Shown here piece by piece: positions 1-8,958 of a stretch of DNA of 64,000 nucleotides. This stretch comes from an uncultured Acidimicrobiaceae bacterium. GTDB taxonomy: Bacteria > Actinomycetota > Acidimicrobiia > Acidimicrobiales > Palsa-688. The translations under genes and the position numbers were made by a program. The stretch covers positions 1,342,655-1,406,654 of the forward strand of contig CAVOTF010000007.1 in NCBI GenBank assembly GCA_963699075.1, given 5' to 3'. Position 1 is the first letter of the stretch, and each line of letters begins with the position of its first letter. The notes under the pieces are model-generated. The model ran no database searches. It was not told where the DNA came from and was given only the letters and a program-made list of their open reading frames with translations.

Positions 1-1529
1 GTACCGCTCGGAGCCTCGAGCTTTATAGTGGCTGTCCCACCCGCCAGAGCCCCAGATGCACGGACGTTCGCGATCGTGTAGGTAGCTACGGCAGCCGCCG
101 TTGTGGGATTGACAGTGACGAGCACACCGGGGCTGGCGTTGGCGACGATCGCGTAGGCGGGCGCGTCGGTGGCCACCGGGTCGCCCGAAGTGGCTGCCGA
201 GAAGTCGCCAATGGTCCCCGGCGAAGTCGGGTTGGTGACCCCGACGATGAGCAAGCTGATGGAGTCGCCGGCACTGATCGAGTCTGTGAGCGGGATCGTG
301 ACCGACCCGGAAGTAAGCACGGCACCGGAGGCGACAAAGTGCCAGTTCCGGGTGGTGTCGATGACCTCGATGCCACTGACGCTTGAGAAGTTCGTCGGCC
401 CGGCGGGCTCGGTGAGGTATATGTACCCGCCCGACGAAGAGGCGTCGCTGGCGGTGAACCCGACAGAGTAGGTAGCCGACGCTCCGGCTACCAGGGTGGA
501 AGGCGCAACCGCTAGTGCGGTCACGGAACCACCGAAGGCGATCGAGTTGGTGGTCTCAGGAGTGCCGTTGCCCGGTGCGACAGTTATGTGGTCGGCCTGG
601 GCGCTCGCGCTGGAAGCGGGGTTGGATCCGGTAGCGGTAATGACGAGGGCGTCCCCGTTTACCAGTGCAGTGGCCAATGTCAGGGTAACAGTGGCTCCGC
701 TGGCCGAAGCATTTGTGACCGTATCGGCGCCCGCCGAGCCGCCAGAGGGGGTTACAGTCACCGAGTACCCGGCGCCCCCGGCGCCGCTGTTGACAAAGGC
801 GATCTTTTCGGTCCCAACGGTGGGCGCGGCAGTAAGGGTCAGGCTGGTCCCCGAGGCCGAGAGGCCGGCCACGTTGGCATTATTGACCGTATAGACCGCG
901 TTGGCCCCAAAGGCGTACGTGGCTGCCGTGAGGACCGGGCCAGCGGCCGTCACCGTGACGGTGTTGGACGTGGCCGGAGACGAGTTCTTGGACGTCGTCA
1001 CCGCGAAGCTGAAGGTCCCAGTGGAAACGGGGGCGTCGGCCGTGAAGTCGACTTCGGCCTTGCTGCCACTGCTGAGGCTGCATGAAGCGTTCAGGTCGAC
1101 GGTGATCCCGGTGGCAGAGTAGGCACCCCCATTGGTGCCGCCCTGCACGCACGAACTCCCGACCAGGGCGATGCTGGACGGAGTCGAACCCAGCGATGTC
1201 GACGGCACGACACTTACCCAGTCAGCGCCGCCCCCAGACAGGGACGGGTTGACGGTAAGAGTGACCTCGAAGTCCGTAGATGAAGCGGACGACGCGCCAC
1301 TAGGCGATGCAACGACGTTGGTCACCGCGGGTGAGGGGGAGCCAATGGTGTAGGTGCTGGTCGCGATGTCGGCGTAGGCGGGGCCGGCGGTCACTGCTAG
1401 GACGCCGACCAGCGTCCCAGCGGCCAGGACCGTGCCTGTCAGGACAGTTGTGGTTGCCAGCAACCTCGAAGGGCGATGCGCCTGACCCACGCGCCCGCGC
1501 CGTACCTTGCGATGTCCTAATAGTCTCAT
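1..1529 (-). CDS. Secreted repetitive cell-surface protein, N-terminal part (gene runs off the left edge)
   Basis: Absent from the ORF track because it has no stop in the window. My minus-strand translation is open from ATG 1529-1527 to base 1: MRLLGHRKVRRGRVGQAHRPSRLLATTTVLTGTVLAAGTLVGVLAVTAGPAYA/DIATSTYTIG... A basic n-region plus hydrophobic core gives a signal peptide. T/S/A/G-rich modules of roughly 100 aa then recur (ATYAFGANAVYTVNNANVAG; ASATYSVGFTASDASS; AVATYTIANVRASG). The + strand ORFs at 169-1353 are antisense shadows. Confidence 0.7.
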   Translation of the reverse strand, partial: MRLLGHRKVRRGRVGQAHRPSRLLATTTVLTGTVLAAGTLVGVLAVTAGPAYADIATSTYTIGSPSPAVTNVVASPSGASSASSTDFEVTLTVNPSLSGGGADWVSVVPSTSLGSTPSSIALVGSSCVQGGTNGGAYSATGITVDLNASCSLSSGSKAEVDFTADAPVSTGTFSFAVTTSKNSSPATSNTVTVTAAGPVLTAATYAFGANAVYTVNNANVAGLSASGTSLTLTAAPTVGTEKIAFVNSGAGGAGYSVTVTPSGGSAGADTVTNASASGATVTLTLATALVNGDALVITATGSNPASSASAQADHITVAPGNGTPETTNSIAFGGSVTALAVAPSTLVAGASATYSVGFTASDASSSGGYIYLTEPAGPTNFSSVSGIEVIDTTRNWHFVASGAVLTSGSVTIPLTDSISAGDSISLLIVGVTNPTSPGTIGDFSAATSGDPVATDAPAYAIVANASPGVLVTVNPTTAAAVATYTIANVRASGALAGGTATIKLEAPSG

Positions 1530-1595
1530 ACCAGCCATCTACCCAATTCTGCTTTGGGTGAAAACCGGGGCGCCGTCAGCGGCTCGGGAGCCACC

Positions 1596-2339
1596 TCACA
1601 TAGAGGGGGCTATTTTTGCGTTCTTCGGGATGTTGAAGTCGGAGCTATTGACGCTCGACGAGTATTTCGTGAGCTCGAAGTTCGAGCTCGAACTTTTGCT
1701 CCCGCCCCCCACATAGGCGAGGATCCCTTTGTCGGTAACGCAGTACTTGGCATTGGAACCTTGGTAGCTCCAGGTGACGCATTGGGAAGCTTGGCCCGCG
1801 AAGGTACCGCCCGTGAAAGAGATATGGACGCCGGCAATACCGTAAGCAAGAACGGTTTGCCAGCTCTGCATGATCGTAATGTAAGTGCTGGCGCTGTAGA
1901 CATCGACGAGGGCCTCGAGCGGGCTCGAGTCAATGGCCCCGTAAACAACGCATGTCGTGGTTTTCCCGCTCGCCGAACAGAAATAGGTCTTCTTGCCGTT
2001 GTAGGTCACTTCGCTGGAGCTCGACTTGAACAACTGGTCCGGGAGTTTCTGCTCGATGGTGAACTGGGTCGGGCTACCCGATCCCGTTGAGGTGTAAGTG
2101 ATGCTGAACGTCGCCTTTGACTCGGCCGCTGCGGCAGCCTCGATCCCCTTCAGTTTCGACGCTGCGCTGGAGCCGTCTGGTAACCGGACGATATTCCCGG
2201 CGCCGACAAACTTCGCCGATTGGGCAAAACTGCTAGAGGCAGTCGAGAGGGTGCAAAGTGCAACCGACAAGACCGTGGTCCCAAGCACGGCAACGATCTT
2301 GCAGCCCCTGTAATTGCTTGTAAAACTTGCAAATCGCAT
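1596..2339 (-). CDS. Secreted hypothetical protein
   Basis: 247-aa ORF with an N-terminal signal-like segment (KIVAVLGTTVLSVALCTLSTASSSFAQS) and a Ser/Thr/Gly-rich body. No family recognised. The region is visibly more A/T-rich than its neighbours. Confidence 0.6.
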   Translation of the reverse strand: MRFASFTSNYRGCKIVAVLGTTVLSVALCTLSTASSSFAQSAKFVGAGNIVRLPDGSSAASKLKGIEAAAAAESKATFSITYTSTGSGSPTQFTIEQKLPDQLFKSSSSEVTYNGKKTYFCSASGKTTTCVVYGAIDSSPLEALVDVYSASTYITIMQSWQTVLAYGIAGVHISFTGGTFAGQASQCVTWSYQGSNAKYCVTDKGILAYVGGGSKSSSSNFELTKYSSSVNSSDFNIPKNAKIAPSM

Positions 2340-2497
2340 TTAGACCCGTCCTCCCGTGCGACGTAGATTCGGTACATGTGCCCTGTCACGTCTAGCCCGT
2401 GTAAGCCCGAAAACGTCGCGGGCACGTCAAGCATGTGCTGGCGAGGAGACAATAGCACCCGGGTACCCGGCGCCCTGGAAGCCCTCGAGTGGATCCC

Positions 2498-2890
2498 TCA
2501 ACCCTCGAGGCCGTCCAGGCTTGCCGGGACGTCGACAGCGTGCTCTTCGAGGGCCGTCCTCGGCACTATCTCAAGAGCCGACTCATTGGTGGAGCGCAGG
2601 ACAACAAAACAGGCCGCTCCGTCGCGGTATGCGCGCAGCCAGTTCACGGCGGTGACACACCACCGGTCGCCGGGAACGAGACCGGGGAACCCGTAGTGCG
2701 GCGCCGGGGTCACTAGGTCGTTGCCGATCCGGCGCTGGTGCTCGAGGAACTCCGCCGTAACGACGGCACAGATCGTGTGGGAACCACGGTCCTCCGGCCC
2801 GCTCGTGCAGCAGCCATCACGGTAGAACCCTGTAAGAGGCTGGCTCCCGCACGCCTGCAACTCGCCACCGAGCACGTTGCGCTGCGCCAT
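2498..2890 (-). CDS. DUF2237 family protein
   Basis: 130 aa with LTGFYRDGCCTSGPEDRGSHTICAVVTAEFLEHQRRIGNDLVTPAPHYGFPGLVPGDRWC, which matches the conserved DUF2237 pattern as I remember it. Confidence 0.7.
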   Translation of the reverse strand: MAQRNVLGGELQACGSQPLTGFYRDGCCTSGPEDRGSHTICAVVTAEFLEHQRRIGNDLVTPAPHYGFPGLVPGDRWCVTAVNWLRAYRDGAACFVVLRSTNESALEIVPRTALEEHAVDVPASLDGLEG

Positions 2891-3118
2891 GGTCCACAGT
2901 ACCTATCAGCCGTACCAGGCAAGACATCTGAGCCGCAAAAGGCAAGCCACGCCCCAGGTAGGCAGTCGAAAGCTCCTCGGCTCTGGCGATCTATCGGATC
3001 CATGGGTAACCTAGCGAACCTAGTCAAGCAAGCGACGGTAGGATCGTGGGCGATCTGAGGTTCAACCGGCCCACGTCGTGCCGGACGACACGACAGCGAC
3101 ATGAACAGGAGCACCACA

Positions 3119-3775
3119 ATGGGTCTATCGATTGGCGACACGGCACCCGACTTCGAGGCAGAGACGACCGAAGGCAGCATCAAGTTCCACGACTGGATTG
3201 GAGACTCGTGGGCGGTGCTGTTCTCGCACCCGAAGAACTTCACACCCGTCTGCACGACTGAGCTGGGTTATATGGCCAAGATCAAGCCCGAGTTTGACCG
3301 CCGCGGCGTGAAGGTGATCGGCCTTTCAGTAGACCCGGTTGCTAAGCACGCCGGGTGGGCGAAAGACATCGAAGAGACGCAGGGAACGGCTCCCAACTAC
3401 CCGATCATCGGGGATGCAGACTTCGAAGTCTCGAAGGCCTACGGGATGTTGGGGGCCAACGTAAGCGGAGACCCCGCAGATCGCACGGCGGCCGACAACC
3501 AGACCGTCCGCAACGTCTTCGTGATCGGGCCCGACAAGAAGATCAAGCTGATCCTCGTCTATCCGATGACCACCGGCCGCAATTTCGACGAGGTGCTCCG
3601 GGTTATCGACTCGCTGCAACTAACCGCCAAGCACAAGGTCTCCACCCCGGTGAACTGGAAGCCCGGCGATGACGTCATCATCGCAGGCTCAGTGAACAAC
3701 GAGCAGGCCAAGGACCTGTTTGGAAGCTGGGAGGAGCCCAAGCCTTACATCCGGATCGTGCCTCAACCCAGCTAG
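3119..3775 (+). CDS. 1-Cys peroxiredoxin (Prx6-like)
   Basis: MGLSIGDTAPDFEAETTEGSIKFHDWIGDSWAVLFSHPKNFTPVCTTELG carries the PVCTTE peroxidatic-Cys motif. The ORF opens at 3101, but AGGAG lies 8 nt upstream of ATG 3119. Confidence 0.9.
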   Translation: MGLSIGDTAPDFEAETTEGSIKFHDWIGDSWAVLFSHPKNFTPVCTTELGYMAKIKPEFDRRGVKVIGLSVDPVAKHAGWAKDIEETQGTAPNYPIIGDADFEVSKAYGMLGANVSGDPADRTAADNQTVRNVFVIGPDKKIKLILVYPMTTGRNFDEVLRVIDSLQLTAKHKVSTPVNWKPGDDVIIAGSVNNEQAKDLFGSWEEPKPYIRIVPQPS

Positions 3776-3835
3776 CGGCGGCGACCGAAACCCTGCGCGC
3801 CACCAAGCGACGCCTCGTCGAGGACGAATGAGGCC

Positions 3836-5257
3836 ATGATCCTGACCCAGCACTACCTCGGTTGCTTGTCGCACGCGTCGTACCTCGTAGGCGACGAGAC
3901 AACCGGTCGAGCCGTAGTCGTGGACCCGCGCCGCGATGTCGACATCTATCTCGAGGAAGCAAGCGCAGAGGGTCTGACCGTCGAACGGGTCATCGAGACC
4001 CACATCCACGCCGACTTCGTGGGAGGTCACCTCGAGCTGGCTGCTCGGACCGGCGCGATAATTTCGTATGGGGCTGGTGCAGATGTCGGCTTCCCTGTCG
4101 AACCCTTGCAAGACGGGCAGAGGTTGTCGCTGGGCGAGGTCACCCTTGAGGTCCTCGCCACACCGGGGCACACCCCGGAGTCGATCTGCATCCTTGTGTA
4201 CGAACACCCCGGCGACGCGGTCCCGTTCGGTGTCCTGACGGGCGACACATTGTTCGTCGGCGACGTGGGCCGCCCAGATCTTCTTGCATCCGGCGGGAGC
4301 GATCTTTCGGCCGACGTTTTGGCTCGCCGCCTTTACCGCTCCCTTCACAAGCTCCTGGCCCTGCCGGATGAGACGCGCATCTTCCCGGCGCACGGTGCGG
4401 GCTCGTCGTGCGGCAAGCAGATGTCGAGCGAGACCAGTTCCACGCTCGGTGAGCAACGACGCAGCAACTATGCGCTGCGCCCAATGGATGAGGACACCTT
4501 TGTCACCGTCGTCCTCGAAGACCAGCCGGCAAGGCCGCCCTACTTCGAGTTCGACGCGCAGCGCAACCGCGAGCTCCATCCCCTCCTCGACGACAGCCCT
4601 CCCCGCCTGCTCGGGACCGACGAGGTGCTGGCTCTCGCCAAGCGCGGTGCGGTGCTGCTCGATTCTCGCGAGACCGCTGACTTCGCGGCCGGCCACCTCC
4701 GAGGGGCTGTCAATGTCGGCCTGCAAGGGCGGTTCGCCGAATGGGCAGGCGACGTGTTGTCGCCCGACCGCGACATCGTGCTCGTAGGCGATCCAGCCAG
4801 CGCTCCAGAAACCAAGGTCCGGCTCGCCCGGGTTGGACTTGACCGTGTAGTCGGCCAACTCGAGGGACCAACGGCCCTCCTGGCAGCGCGGCCGGAGCTC
4901 CACGAAACAAGCTCTCGGCTAACCGTTGAACAGCTCGCCGAGCTTCAGGACCGTGGCCGGGAAATCCAACTGGTCGACGTTCGCAACTCGGCTGAGACCG
5001 CCCAGGGCACCATCGTGGGCGCCCGCGAAATCCCCCTCGCAACCCTCACCGGTTCGCTCGAAGCCCTGGACCGCACGGCGCCAGTTGTCCTCTACTGCGC
5101 CGGTGGATCCCGCTCGAACGTAGCGTCGAGTGTTTTGCGTGAAACCGGGTTCAAGGACGTATCTGACCTGCTAGGTGGTTACGCTGCATGGGAGGCAGCC
5201 GGGCTTCCCGTGTCCATCGCCCCAGCCTCAGGGGAGCGGCGTCCCGCTCGGCCGTGA
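3836..5257 (+). CDS. MBL-fold hydrolase fused to two rhodanese domains (persulfide dioxygenase/sulfurtransferase-like)
   Basis: 473 aa. The N-terminus has the metallo-beta-lactamase motif ETHIHADFVGGH. The C-terminal rhodanese domain has the active-site loop VVLYCAGGSRS. A middle rhodanese-like domain lacks an obvious catalytic Cys. Confidence 0.85.
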   Translation: MILTQHYLGCLSHASYLVGDETTGRAVVVDPRRDVDIYLEEASAEGLTVERVIETHIHADFVGGHLELAARTGAIISYGAGADVGFPVEPLQDGQRLSLGEVTLEVLATPGHTPESICILVYEHPGDAVPFGVLTGDTLFVGDVGRPDLLASGGSDLSADVLARRLYRSLHKLLALPDETRIFPAHGAGSSCGKQMSSETSSTLGEQRRSNYALRPMDEDTFVTVVLEDQPARPPYFEFDAQRNRELHPLLDDSPPRLLGTDEVLALAKRGAVLLDSRETADFAAGHLRGAVNVGLQGRFAEWAGDVLSPDRDIVLVGDPASAPETKVRLARVGLDRVVGQLEGPTALLAARPELHETSSRLTVEQLAELQDRGREIQLVDVRNSAETAQGTIVGAREIPLATLTGSLEALDRTAPVVLYCAGGSRSNVASSVLRETGFKDVSDLLGGYAAWEAAGLPVSIAPASGERRPARP

Positions 5258-6157
5258 GGCCGCGATGGACGAGCGCGGCACCGCCTGTCGCTGAGCGTCC
5301 AACTGCTGCAACGCTTGCTGGAACGCCGGCTGTTGGAATGGCGTCGTCCAACCGGCAGCGCTCCCCGCTAGGAGGCGTCTCAGCAAACGGGGGGCTACTT
5401 CGACTGCGAAGACGGCCACTGCGGCGGAGGCGGCGCCTCCTAGCACGTCCAGGAGGTAATGGTTGCCCGTTGACATCACAACGAACGCGGTAAGGACTGG
5501 GTAACCGATGCCGAACACAAGGGCCGCGACCTTGGCCGAATGCTTGCGAGCAAGTCGCCAAGCTACCAATGAGCACCAGATCGCATAGCCGATGTGCATG
5601 GAGGGCATCGCCGCCAATTGGTCGGCATGCTTGATGAGCGAGCCATGCCAAGACCCCAGTCCGCCAGACCTCGCGACCACGTCGATAAAGCCCGGGAGCA
5701 TGCGCGGCGGCGCCACCGGGAAGGCCCAGAACACAGCGAAACCGATGAGGTTGGTCAGCACCAGGTCATTGCGAAGTGGACGGTAGAGGTCGGGGCGGCT
5801 CCACCACAACACCGCAGCAAAGGCGAAGGTGACGACGAAAATGCCGTTTGAGTAGAACGTCGAGACAATAAATGGCAGGACGTGTTGATGAGCAAGCCAG
5901 TGGTCGAGGGCCCGCTCAGGGTCAAGCCCGACGTTTGTCTCGAACGACAACACGGCCCGTGCGTTGACGAAGGCCAGGCTGCGGCGCAACGGAGCGAGGT
6001 CCTGGAGCCAGTCGTAAATGAACACGAGAAAAAGTAGCCACGCGAGCTCCACGGAAACGCGGCTCCGCTTGGGCTTTGCGGGTGATGGGACGACAACCAG
6101 CGTCGGCGGTGCGTCCACACTGCTCGGATTGACTTCAATCACTGACCCGACCGACAC
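5228..6157 (-). CDS. PAP2-superfamily membrane phosphatase / phosphotransferase-like protein
   Basis: 309 aa, multi-pass membrane protein. PSMHIGYAIW ... GNHYLLDVLGG resemble the PAP2 C2/C3 motifs. GTG start is preceded by AAGGAG. Confidence 0.7.
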   Translation of the reverse strand: MSVGSVIEVNPSSVDAPPTLVVVPSPAKPKRSRVSVELAWLLFLVFIYDWLQDLAPLRRSLAFVNARAVLSFETNVGLDPERALDHWLAHQHVLPFIVSTFYSNGIFVVTFAFAAVLWWSRPDLYRPLRNDLVLTNLIGFAVFWAFPVAPPRMLPGFIDVVARSGGLGSWHGSLIKHADQLAAMPSMHIGYAIWCSLVAWRLARKHSAKVAALVFGIGYPVLTAFVVMSTGNHYLLDVLGGAASAAVAVFAVEVAPRLLRRLLAGSAAGWTTPFQQPAFQQALQQLDAQRQAVPRSSIAASRPSGTPLP

Positions 6158-6448
6158 CCAAATACTCCTTGCGTTCCGACAGACACTGTAGGAGGTCGCA
6201 GTGGCCGCCCCCGCGGCCCGTACTACTTCACCCGATGTTTACCTGGAAGACATACCTAAGAAAGTTACTGCATTCGTGCAAACTCTCGGAGTCGGGCAGG
6301 CCAGGGCTTGTCGGGGCTGACGGGTCTCGCTTGCCTCTGGGACAAGCTCGCTGGGCGTGCTCCCCCATGTGTACCCTCCTGCGTCCGGTAGGTCGCGATC
6401 AAGGCTCGGTGCCCCGCAGGCTGATGCCTGGCCGCCATGCCTCTCGGA

Positions 6449-7156
6449 CTAGCTGCCGCCGGCTATCCCCGGGGGCGAACCGGCAATATCGTTTGAGGTA
6501 AGCCGACGGCGGAGCTCCACGAAAACCTCCGTGCCGACGGTCCCCTCCAACTCCTGGGCGAGGGACTCGATCACCGGCCGCTCGCCTACGTAGGCCCTAT
6601 CACCCTCGGTACAGCACCACGCCATGGTGGTCCCCTCCGCTCCCCAGTCGGCACGAGCCCACCGACGAACGGTTGCGACCTCGGAGCCACCGTCGACGAC
6701 CTCCCAGTCGACCTTGATGGGCAGCTGCCAACAGACTGCTGGTTTCCAGTCCTGCGGGCGCTCACCCGCGTCGAATGCGGCCAAGTGCAGGGCGCAGCCA
6801 GCACCGCCACTGAAACCCGGACGGTTGAGGAAAATGCACGCGCCGTCGACGACCCTCGTTCCGGTCCGGCTCGAGCCGTTGAAAACGCCGCCTGCCTGCG
6901 CCTCGGAGTGGTACTGGAAGCGCACCGGGTCGAGCGTGGCGCCGAGAGCACCGATCAAGCGAGCCTCGTCCTCGTCCTCGAATTCAGCCCCCACGGAGCA
7001 GCACCCCTGACTGAGGCCGGGCGAAGGCTCAGGCAGGATACCAAGGCACCCGCGGCCCCAAATGCACGTCCAGTTAGAGCGGAGGAAGGCTGTATCGAAG
7101 CGCCAAAGCACCTCGCCGTCCTCGATCTCCTCGATCTCCTCGATCGGTCCCTCCAT
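6449..7156 (-). CDS. Cys-rich conserved hypothetical protein
   Basis: 235-aa ORF with an acidic N-terminus (EEIEEIEDGE) and clustered cysteines (CIWGRGCLG...GCCS...GACIF...GCALH...CW...WCC). Family not recognised. Confidence 0.55.
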   Translation of the reverse strand: MEGPIEEIEEIEDGEVLWRFDTAFLRSNWTCIWGRGCLGILPEPSPGLSQGCCSVGAEFEDEDEARLIGALGATLDPVRFQYHSEAQAGGVFNGSSRTGTRVVDGACIFLNRPGFSGGAGCALHLAAFDAGERPQDWKPAVCWQLPIKVDWEVVDGGSEVATVRRWARADWGAEGTTMAWCCTEGDRAYVGERPVIESLAQELEGTVGTEVFVELRRRLTSNDIAGSPPGIAGGS

Positions 7157-7176
7157 ATCGAAAGGGTACCGACTAG

Positions 7177-7851
7177 TTACTTGTAAGAAAAGACCAGTGA
7201 GAGGTTGTCAGCGAGACCGTCATTGTCGCCGCCCTCCAACAGTGTCATCACGAGCTCGACCTTGATCTTCTCTGTGGTCGCCGGCACCTTGCCGGTGTTC
7301 TGGCGGAGGAACAAACCGCTAACGTCGTGACGCTGGCCGACGGTGACGGGCCCGAGCGTTGTCGTCTTGAGGGTCGTCCCGGTTGAGCTCTCAAAAGTCA
7401 CGATGAGGCGGGCATTGTCGGGCTGGTCGCTATAACCGCCAAGCCAGGCCGACAAGACGTAGCTCACCCTCCCGGCCGAGATCCCACCGGTGCCAACTTT
7501 GATCACCTGCGTACCGGTTGACAGGAGGGCAGAGGGGCCGCCGTAGAAATAGTTCTTCCCTCGCTTGGTCGGCCCAGGTGTCGTCGTCGACAGGTCAGCG
7601 CCCCACGCGTACTGCGCTGCGGTGAACGCCCCGGTCGGCTTCCAGTCGGGCACCTTTACGACAGTGTCCGACGCGGTACCTTTACCCGCTTCTGCTCCTG
7701 GGTTGGCGATCAGGTTGCGGCCGCAGGCGTGGCAAGGCCCAACGGCCGGAGCCGAGCCGGCTTCGGCTACTGACGGTGTGATCGCAAAAGCCGCCGCGGC
7801 GATCGCGACGCACGCCGTCAATAGACGGACGACCGTGCGTGTCCCCGCCAT
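7177..7851 (-). CDS. Secreted protein with galactose-binding-like (lectin/CBM-like) domain
   Basis: Signal peptide VVRLLTACVAIAAAAFAITPSVAEA. The body runs NLIANPGAEAG...VPDWKPTG...YFYGG...SAWLGGYSDQPDNARL...GGDNDGLADNLSL, typical of jelly-roll sugar-binding modules; this is a tentative, motif-level call. Confidence 0.55.
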   Translation of the reverse strand: MAGTRTVVRLLTACVAIAAAAFAITPSVAEAGSAPAVGPCHACGRNLIANPGAEAGKGTASDTVVKVPDWKPTGAFTAAQYAWGADLSTTTPGPTKRGKNYFYGGPSALLSTGTQVIKVGTGGISAGRVSYVLSAWLGGYSDQPDNARLIVTFESSTGTTLKTTTLGPVTVGQRHDVSGLFLRQNTGKVPATTEKIKVELVMTLLEGGDNDGLADNLSLVFSYK

Positions 7852-8318
7852 CAGACCTGGATCTCGGCTTCTTCGATCCCCAGGTCCTTGCTCAATGCCG
7901 ACTGAAGAGCCATGTATTGAGGCTCTAAGGCCAAAAACTGAGATTGAAACGACTTGATGCTCGTTATGTGGCTAAGTACCGGGACCAACTTGTCGTTCAC
8001 CTTAATTAGCGATGCAATGTCCGTACCGGTCTTGCCCGTGAAGCCGATCCCCTTTATCGCCGTATCGAACTTATTAATAGCCGGGACGAACGCGAGGCAC
8101 TCTTTGGACACCTTCGACACCGGCGTGTTCTTGGTCATGCTCTCCAGGGCGGAGGTCCATGCAAAATCAGCCTTGCCGAATGTCCCGTCGACGCTCTTCC
8201 ACTCGGACAGCTGCTTGGACGTGACCGACGCCGATGCCGCCTGCACCCCAAGACCCAATACAGCCGCCGCCGTCGCTATTGCTGCGAAGCACTTCAAACG
8301 CAATGCCGACTTACGCAT
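7851..8318 (-). CDS. Small secreted hypothetical protein
   Basis: 155 aa with signal peptide CFAAIATAAAVLGLGVQAASA. Its stop overlaps the start of the 7177-7851 gene by 1 nt, implying translational coupling. The segment is A/T-rich. Confidence 0.6.
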   Translation of the reverse strand: MRKSALRLKCFAAIATAAAVLGLGVQAASASVTSKQLSEWKSVDGTFGKADFAWTSALESMTKNTPVSKVSKECLAFVPAINKFDTAIKGIGFTGKTGTDIASLIKVNDKLVPVLSHITSIKSFQSQFLALEPQYMALQSALSKDLGIEEAEIQV

Positions 8319-8577
8319 TGAGGACTCCCTCCCGTGGACTTGGTTACCGCTGGCCGCGGCTTGTCTCAGCCGGGCACACCGGGTACCAGCATAGCTGAAG
8401 GTGCCGGCGCCTTGTTCGACGCAGGGCAGGGGTTGTGGCCGCGTCGGAGCTGGTGAGCGCCTCTCTGTCCGAGCGCTAGCTGTCAGGACTGACGGAGCGG
8501 TCCGCCCCCGCCGTTCACGGCGAGCGCGCAGTAGGGTCGTTGTACCGCCTGACCTGGCGGCTTAATAAGGAGGCTAA

Positions 8578-8919
8578 ATGGTAGCTACATACGATGATGC
8601 CGCACTGGTGGTGCAGCTCGTTCGCTGGGGGACCGAGCTCGGCCTAAGCGACGCGATACATACGTTGCTGTCCGAAGCTTTCGACCCGTCCGTCGTGTCG
8701 ACAAATGACGTGGCAGTACGAAAGGTACTGGAATTCGGAGAAGTGGTTGGGACGTTGGTCAAGCAGAACATCCTAAACAGGGAGCTAGTTCTCGACCTTT
8801 GGTGGGCCGCCGGGGCATGGGAACGCGTGAGCACCGCGGCCGAAAACGAACGTGAACGTCTCGGCCAGCCGAGGCTGTACGAGAATTTCGAAGCACTGGC
8901 CATAGCGGGCAACACTTAG
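8578..8919 (+). CDS. Hypothetical protein
   Basis: 113-aa ORF preceded by a strong RBS (TAATAAGGAGGCTAAATG). No family recognised. Confidence 0.5.
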   Translation: MVATYDDAALVVQLVRWGTELGLSDAIHTLLSEAFDPSVVSTNDVAVRKVLEFGEVVGTLVKQNILNRELVLDLWWAAGAWERVSTAAENERERLGQPRLYENFEALAIAGNT

Positions 8920-8958
8920 CTCCGCTGACCCGCCGCTCAATGCGACGCGCCCGACACG

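Noticed and set aside
3689-4903. 404-aa minus-strand ORF
   Set aside because: It lies antisense to the well-supported MBL-rhodanese gene. Its Arg/Gly/Pro/Ala-rich composition is typical of shadow ORFs in high-GC DNA, and it has no recognisable motif.
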